A stretch of 58,430 nucleotides of DNA, the filler included, from Dirinaria sp. TL-2023a (Eukaryota): assembly GCA_051941275.1 (NCBI GenBank). It is 8 parts of 8 records of this genome, joined end to end, with 100 filler letters (N's around TTAATTAATTAA, not from the genome) between each part and the next. Parts side by side here need not be neighbours in the genome. Positions count along the whole stretch, not along the records: positions 51,226 to 58,430 come from JAVEBF010001346.1; 7 more parts are not named here. One strand, written 5' to 3'. Of this stretch, positions 51,126 through 58,430 are shown piece after piece (position 1 is the stretch's first letter; the number at the start of each line of letters is the position of its first letter). The position numbers and the translations under genes are program-made. The notes beneath the pieces are model-generated. The model was given only the letters and a program-made list of their open reading frames with translations. It ran no database searches and was not told the DNA's origin.

Positions 51126-51225
51126 NNNNNNNNNNNNNNNNNNNNNNNNNNNNNNNNNNNNNNNNNNNNTTAATTAATTAANNNNNNNNNNNNNNNNNNN
51201 NNNNNNNNNNNNNNNNNNNNNNNNN
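51126..51225. other. Artificial contig linker
   Basis: N44-TTAATTAATTAA-N44. Confidence 0.99.
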
Positions 51226-51292
51226 CTTCCATACTTACCTACATCCCAAACCCCCGGTTTCCCCAATTCGCCAGTACTGGGCGAAACCGACT

Positions 51293-52198
51293 TTACTTAC
51301 TGCTTCTTGTGCGCGTGCCCATGCTGCCCTTGACAGGTGGCGCCTTGGGCTTCATCTTCTTCGCCGCAGCAGCCCCAGCCGGCTTGTTGTCCGCTTTCTT
51401 GGCGGCGGCGGGCGGCGCAGCACTCGCGTCTTTCTTCGGTCGGCCACGCCCTTTCTTCTCCCCTGCTGCTGCTGGCTTTTCCTTTTCCACCTTCTCCTTC
51501 GGGGGCTTCTTCTCCGCTTTCTTGGCCGCTTTATCCTCCTCGGACAGCTTCGGTCGGCCACGCCCTTTCTTCGCCCGCGGCTCCTTCTCAGCTTTGTCCT
51601 CTGCCTTGCGCTTCTCGCCTTTCTTGGGGGATTTCGCCGGTGGCGCGGTGGTGGCGGCGGCGGGCGACTTGGCCTTCTCCCCGTTGGTCGTGACGCCTTT
51701 GTCCTCGTCTGCCTTGGCTTCTTCGGCTTTGGATACGGCGCCGTCGGTCGCGTTGCCGGATCCTTTCTCTTCGACTTCGACTTCGGATTGTTTCTTCACT
51801 ACGTCGTTGCCATCGCGGGCCACGTGCACGGCCGGATCCGAAGGTGAGCCCTTGCGCTTGATGGTGTTGCCGCGTTTGGACTGGATCGCGAGGTCGCCTT
51901 CGGTTTTCTTTTCCGCGAGCTCGCCTGTAGGATGAGCGGAGGAGTACTGCCAGGATACTGGTTGTTGAAGTGTAAGTTAGCGATCAATGTGAAGCTGAAG
52001 GTAAGATGAAATCTCGTCTGTTCCAACGCGCGGCGTTAGATGGATCTGCGCCGTGCTAATGAAGAGTGGTACTCATGAGCACAACACAGTGAGAACTTCG
52101 TGAGAGGTTGGTGAATACGGCAGCGCGATCACAAAAGGCAGGGGGGATTTCCAAATCGTACCTTGATCCCCAACTTCGGGAGTGTCTTCGCCGGCCAT
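51293..52198 (-). CDS. Hva1/DUF2945 Tudor-like domain protein with Lys/Ala-rich tail and two AT-hooks; intron 51958-52161
   Basis: Spliced GDQ|VSWQYSSAHPTGELAEKKTEGDLAIQSKRGNTIKRKGSPSDPAVHVARDGNDVVKKQSE; KKGRGRPK twice. Confidence 0.8.
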
Positions 52199-52767
52199 GT
52201 TGTGTTCGGTAGTGCGCGTTGGGGTGCCGAAAACACGGTGCAGGCCGTCCTTCAAGTGTTCGAAAGCCTCAATTGCTGCGGTGTGGTCGCGCTGTAGATG
52301 CGCGATGTATGCTAGAAAAGTGATGGGTGGTTGGTTGGTGATGGAGGTGAGAAAGAAAAGAAAAGAAAAAGTAAAGTAAAAGGAAAATAATAAAAGAGGA
52401 TGAAATCAGGATGCGCCGAAGAGGTTGGAGTGAATAATGCGTGGGATCGGATCTGGCGCTAAACCGATCGTCGGCAGGGGTTGGACGACACGCCAAAAAA
52501 GGAAGTGGGCGAGATATCGCGCTAGTCCAGATGAAGGCTTAGTTCACCATCCATAGAAGAAGACATGAACCCCTTATTATTGAATCTTGCCCCAGACGAA
52601 TTCCTCGAATTCCTTCCAACTCTATACTATCTCAATCCAGCATTTTTGAGCCACGAAAATCAGGGCAAAACGAATGTGTTGGTCACTTCAATCTCTTTTC
52701 GACTACATGAAGTTATTTGCTATGGAACAAGCGACAAATAGTGGCAATAAACAACCAAAGGTAGACT

Positions 52768-55700
52768 TCAGCGCTTCGTCGCAGCACGATTCGATACATC
52801 GCGCGCAACATAAACATCTCCATAGAGCGTAGCGGTACCCGCGAACAATCTGAACGCGTTCACTTTGCGCTTTTGTCTCAGGCCTGTATCGTGCCCTGCA
52901 CTGTCTCTCATGCTCGATACGAGTCTCTCCAACGCTGCATCTGCGCGCTGTCGTTCGAATCCTGCGAGTTGCAGCAGCTCTCCCTTCATCTTTTCCTCGT
53001 TCACCGATTCGGTGTCTTTGTCGACCGCAGATGGAGTATGGTTGGTGCTCGTACGCTGGTGGAACTCTGCAAAATTGATGCTGTTGAGATTACCTTCTAC
53101 GCGGTCGCGTGCAACGGAGCCAACGTCGTTGTACAGCCGGGTGATGACTGCGAGATGTAAGGAGAGATCCTCTGCGAGATACTTTTGCCACACAGAGCCA
53201 AAACAGTCTTCTGCTGATCGTCGCTGCTCCTTGGACGGCGTCGCAGCTGCGGCACCCACGAGGCAGGTGAGGAACGAAAAAGCAAGATCGCAACTACTGC
53301 CGCTAGCGCCGGTTGAGTGGGCCCACGTGTGAAATGGGATGCTAGGCCTAGCGAAGACACTTGTTGTCGATGAACTCCAGGATGTTTGCGTCGAGAATCG
53401 CGAGCTGTCTACTTGGTGCTGTATATGACCAAGGAGACATGTGCGTAATGCGTCCTGAAGGTGGGATCGATCAGCAGCCGAAGCATCAAGAATCCGAGGA
53501 TGAGCTAGCAGTCCTCGCATGAAGTGGCCGACGACTGCGCGAAAATCCGTAGGTGACGCGACCGTATCTTTCTCATTTAACTCCGAGGCGACGACGCCAG
53601 CTGCGTGCGCTTTCACTCTGTTCGTTGTAATCGGGCTCTCGTCTGTCCCAGCTGTCGCATTCTCGGGTGAGCTGTAATTCAAGTTGCCAAAGTTAGCTGA
53701 AATTTCTGGGCCTCGTTCTCGCTGTTGGCGCTCCTCTGACAGCTCAGGCTCCCAGAGCTCGTGAACTATACGTTGATATTGTGCTAGGTCGGCTTCCGAG
53801 ACCCGAGCTACCGCCGAATCCATATATTCGTCCAGATGGTACCCGCATACTGAGAATACCATCATGTCCCATAGCAGATCTGCCTGTATATCTAGGCCGT
53901 ACATATTGTTGATTGATAGAAACGTGAATACGAAATAGATCATGTATTTGTCTTTTGCTTCTACCTGGCGCGGGAAGATGTCAACCTTTATGGATTCGAG
54001 CTGCGGGAGGAATATCAAAGCCTCTACAGCTGTGGGTGTAAGTTTCCACCTCGGCTTGTTATGGAAACTTTCAAGGGTCGAAAAATAATCTACCAGTTGC
54101 GGGACCAATTCTCCGCGTAGATCCACAAGACTTGCCGTTTCATGAGACCACTCGTAGAAAGGGTTTGGCCACTTCATAGCTGCCAAGCAATAGGCCTCGG
54201 TCGATGCTGACGAGCCATACATCACCTTTCCAATCCAGGTGGGAGTGGCTTCGGCCCAGCCACTTTCAGACTGGCTCAGTAGATGCTGTCCTGCTTGGAT
54301 ACTCGAAATAATGTTCTCGTGAAAGAGACGGTACCATGGAATCGAAGCAATGTATTTCAAAGTCAGAATACCGTACGCCGTGGTCTCGAAAGACGACTCC
54401 GAACCCCATCCACCGCTTTCTGTCTGTTCGAACAAGGTCTGGTTGAGGATTTGGGTCAAGGTCAAGGGAAGCCGTTCACGCAACAACAGGTCTGGTATGC
54501 CATTCAGCCGACCAGTGTCCCAAAGATACAGAAGGCGGGTCAGTGCTTCAGCGAGAAGCATTCTCCCGTACTGGCGAGAAGTATTCTGAAGTCGATCAGT
54601 CGAAGCGCCAACCGTCAGGGAGATCAGTTCCTTACCCATTTATCTCTGGCTTCGCCCCTCCAACAAAGATCGCACAAGAACTTAGCAGTGCTGACTATTT
54701 CAGCAGTATAGTTTTCAACATCAGGAGAGTGTAATAGTCCGCTTAAGACATTGCAATTGGCACTAAAACTCACATCCCTCTCGCCAATATACGTTCGAAA
54801 GTGGCCATCGCTGGTTTTGTAGTAGTCGATCATTTGACGAGGTTTTATTCCTCTGCCTAATAAATTAAGCGTATAGATGGCTTTTCCTGAATCGTCCGCG
54901 TCGGGGGGCATCGAAGGCGCTACCTTACATATCAGCTGGCAAGTAATAGATAAAGGAACCCAAGCTTTACCAAAACCAATCCGCCCATCCTGCTTCTGGA
55001 ATAGTTCTTGCACGTAGTTCCCTATTGCCTCTACATTTGTTTCACCTAACTGAGGAATTTCGAAACCAGCCCCCAACAGGGTTGATAGGGCCTGGGACAA
55101 GGTTACCTTTCGCCAATGATACATCATGGCCCGGTAAGTCTTACCCAGCAACATTCAAACACCGGAATAGGGTGAACATTTGGCACTTCACCATTTCCCT
55201 TTCCTACTCCTTCAGTAATGACGGTGCGAATATAGAGCTCAGCTTCTTCGTCCCAGGTGGAGGCATATATAAGATAGGCTGCGGTCGATGCTGGGGATCC
55301 CATCATGCTCCCAAACCGCTTCTGGTGGCTTATTCTGTCGAAATCGATTCGGCCCACAAGCCCCTCCAATGAAAACGAGAATGTATTCTGAGAATTATAG
55401 AACATCTCTTCGTCAAATTTTCTCATTTTCGATGCTCTCAGTTCTTTTAAAGCTTTCTTCGCTGGAAAGCTGAAGTATATTTGCTCACTCTCCAAAATGG
55501 AGATGAGGGATAGGAATATGAATTCAAACCCAATGTTCAATATTTCATTGACATTCCAAGTTTGTAAATTTACCTCAAGATACAACTTAGCTTGAGAGAT
55601 ACGAGACTTGAGGTCTTCAGGGTCGACATCGGCATGCGGAACTTGTGTCTTGTCGTGGTTGACTAGGGCTATCAAGCATGCCAGTGTTGTCAAAAGATTA

Positions 55701-55939
55701 TCATCGAGATAAGAACCGGTCGCCCATCCACCATCAGCAGATTGGGTGTGCAAGATACGGCGAAAGCATTCTGGGAAAAGCCAGATACCGTTTTTAGATA
55801 CCATAGACACCCAGGCGGTGTCGTAGACTGAGAACCGAACTGAGCCTGAGCCTAGTTGATTAGGACCACATCCATGAGCCAGTTTCTCAATCAACTTCTG
55901 AGCTCTGCTGTTGAGGACTTGGGGATCCATTTCGTGCAT
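52768..55939 (-). CDS. Bifunctional class II/class I diterpene cyclase (CPS/KS-like), 4 exons
   Basis: SVYDTAW; QW-like QSADGGW; GSMMGSPASTAAYL; DADD (DxDD); SFSANCNVL; DKW|N; class I motifs LDEYMD and RLYNDVGSVARDRVEGNLNS. Confidence 0.92.
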
Positions 55940-58430
55940 GGTAGCCGAGGGCAAAAGAGCGGTGAAATCTGATTGACCACAGCGATCTTGTACTCAAATC
56001 CGTGCAATATGGCAGGCAATTCTTGGATTTCAACCACTGCCAGCTGACTGATAAATAACGAGATTAGAATCCGAAGCGTGCTGAGAGAACGAACACCAAG
56101 TATCATAAGGTGTGCTCGCGCTCTGATTTGGGGCCCACGGGTAATTGAATATAATGTCATGTTAATCCCTTGGACCCCACGACTATCGGAAGCCAAATCC
56201 ACTATGAGACTTTGAATCAGCCATCGGCACCAAAAAGTTAAAAAGGCATACATACACACGCACTGCTATGTGCATGTATAGGCGCTGCTAAGTTGGCCGT
56301 CTGCACATGATGTGGTAGCGTGGGGCTCTCGTGGATGAGGATGAAGAGGCAATTGATCAAAGTTCAGTCTTATCACAGTGCATTTTACCGCCAGCGATGT
56401 ACTGTATACTAAAGTACCGAGATCGAGCTCTTGGATCATCAACTAGGGTTTTGCCTGCACTGTCTTGCTACCAGTAAACCCAGTCTTAGTTCTCTGCGGA
56501 TTCGCGTTGCTTCATGACTTGTTGTCTGAACTGAGATTCTGATATCGCTTTTCCCGCCTGGACAGGAGTGAAATGTTTGAACAGAGATACAAATGATCTC
56601 GCTTAAGACGGGTGTCAAAGACCAATGGTGACGATCACAAGCACCCGATAGTGGGGGCCTGGCAATATCGTTGCTGTCTTGGCCTTGGGGAAAAGTTGAG
56701 AACATAGTCGCGACATCAGCGCTCAGTCACGAACTGCTTTCGGACCGAGATCTGTGGAAGTACTTTCGATGTCTCATGAGACTACATGGCGTTGCGAAAC
56801 AGTCGTGTATTATGTTAGCTTCGGCTTCGCCGGCGCTAGAGACGACAGAAGCGGGATCCGCATCCAATGCTGCCTTAGCGCTAACGAGATTGAACAACAC
56901 CTTAAGATCTAGATCAGCTAATCTGCATAGGTAGAACAATCATACGCTCATGTATTTACATACGTTGTACGCGCACAGCCGGTGACAATAACATCACTCG
57001 AGATAATATCGATATACCCGTGACTGCAGGCAGACCCTAGCATCTCAACAATTTTCTTTGCCCCACCTAGGCATTATAGCAATTGGCATATGTAACGTTG
57101 ATAAAACTGAACTCTACATTCTCATTGAGTAAATCGAAGCGGGAATGGAAAAAACCTGAATAGAGCGACGCATCAGTCTCTTTTACGTCTGATCTATCTG
57201 CGAAAAAACGTGCCTTGTTGCATGCTCGAACATATCCAGAAGAAACTCACTCAGCTCACGCATAAAATTAAAGTGGCAGAGATGAGACCAAGTTCTGATG
57301 GAAGAGGGTGTTGGAAATCCTCGGTAACAGGGCTCAGTCAGGGTTCGGTCCAAGCCGCTAGTTTTACCTTATGTCCCTCCCCTTCCCCCCTTAATGCCAA
57401 AAAATTCATCCTACTAAGTAGCCTCCCACTCACACTGTATGTATTCCAACGGCTCGATTTTCGAGAAATTGAGCATTTACTTCTTGCATCATCGCGAATG
57501 GTCTTGTGTGGCTCGAGAGGTTGAGTCACGAGGTATATTTTGCGCTGAGAGTGACACATTCGTAGGTCATCACTGCTGAATATCTTGCGCAAGAAGAAGT
57601 CATAAGCATGTTCAGATCGCATCGAAGAAAGGGAAATGAACTTCCAATAGCCTCTCACGAGCTCCCGAGGCAAACCCACTGGGATTACGCCTGCGTCTCG
57701 AGAGGAATCTCTATCAAGATAGCTCACCGCACATCGAGTCTGGCATTGACCTTTGCTATCGTTGCCGTTTTCGACTTAGCAACCATATTTTACTTATCTG
57801 CTTAGACAATTACGTAAACTATCCTGGAACCCAAGATTCCTGAAGATTCTCGAGGTACATGAGCGTAAGGCACCTTGACCGGGGCCGCATTAACCGACAT
57901 CCCTATAGCCCAGCTGGGGGTGCTCAACTCGGCGTTGACCGAAAATTAATCACGCGAGTTGATCGGGAGTCCGCAGTCCGACCAAACGCTACGCCTTCGG
58001 CTCTTGATTGAAGTCTTATTCCCACTAGAATACCTGCCTCTATCAATGCTCGCTATTTCGCTTTTGTAACTGTTGCGCTCACGTGTGTTGTGCGTGAGCG
58101 TTGAATCCGATCGACAAAAGGCTTGCTAAATGGCCAATGCCGTCCCACGGCATCATGTGCGTACGGCTAACCTTGCCTCCAGATTTGGTTCACCACAAAA
58201 TCCTCCTGGCTCATCATTTTTCAACCTTCAACGACCAGGATCCTACTTATCCGGGTATGCCGGCGCATCGGGTTGACATTAGTTAGTCAAAGTTTCAGTC
58301 ATAGACTCTCGAGCGTGCATCATCTGGCAACTTTCCGCCCCTCCTCTCCTTGCGATTCTCCTGCAGCTGTAATAGAGTGCGTAGAGCATGGCGGGCAAGG
58401 TTGAGACTAGAACGGGCAAGTTTATCACTG

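Noticed and set aside
36610..55939. Apparent secondary-metabolite cluster (methyltransferase, two Zn2Cys6 factors, lactamase-fold protein, diterpene cyclase)
   Set aside because: The genes lie on three different contigs joined by artificial linkers.
56000..58430. Short ORFs upstream of the diterpene cyclase
   Set aside because: No recognisable GGPP synthase, P450 or other domain motifs.

Overview
Intron-containing filamentous ascomycete (Pezizomycotina) DNA. The window is not one locus. It is eight contigs of about 7.2 kb, sorted by decreasing length (7234, 7226, 7220, 7218, 7211, 7210, 7206, 7205 bp) and joined by artificial 100-nt N44-TTAATTAATTAA-N44 linkers, so only neighbours within a contig are meaningful. 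Conserved genes: EPL1, KAE1, Snf1 beta subunit (GAL83-like), a non-canonical eIF4E, a WDR44-like WD40 protein, APC13, ATG10, a LaeA-like methyltransferase, two Zn2Cys6 transcription factors, a DUF4336-like protein, an Hva1/DUF2945 protein with AT-hooks and a bifunctional diterpene cyclase. Best candidate for a new system (contig 4): a divergent gene pair in which a HeLo-like/SesA-type protein carries a C-terminal two-repeat HET-s-like amyloid motif. Its neighbour carries the matching N-terminal motif but is a single-pass membrane protein with an ectodomain instead of an NLR, suggesting surface-receptor-triggered amyloid signalling to a cell-death effector. Also notable: a 1343-aa modular secreted protein with a KR-flanked domain bearing a CNF1-like LxGC(x14)H motif; a LINE relic with a CpC-specific (non-CpA) RIP-like signature; and a SAM-HMG-Zn2Cys6 fusion transcription factor. 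All domain calls come from motif recognition by eye; no searches were run.
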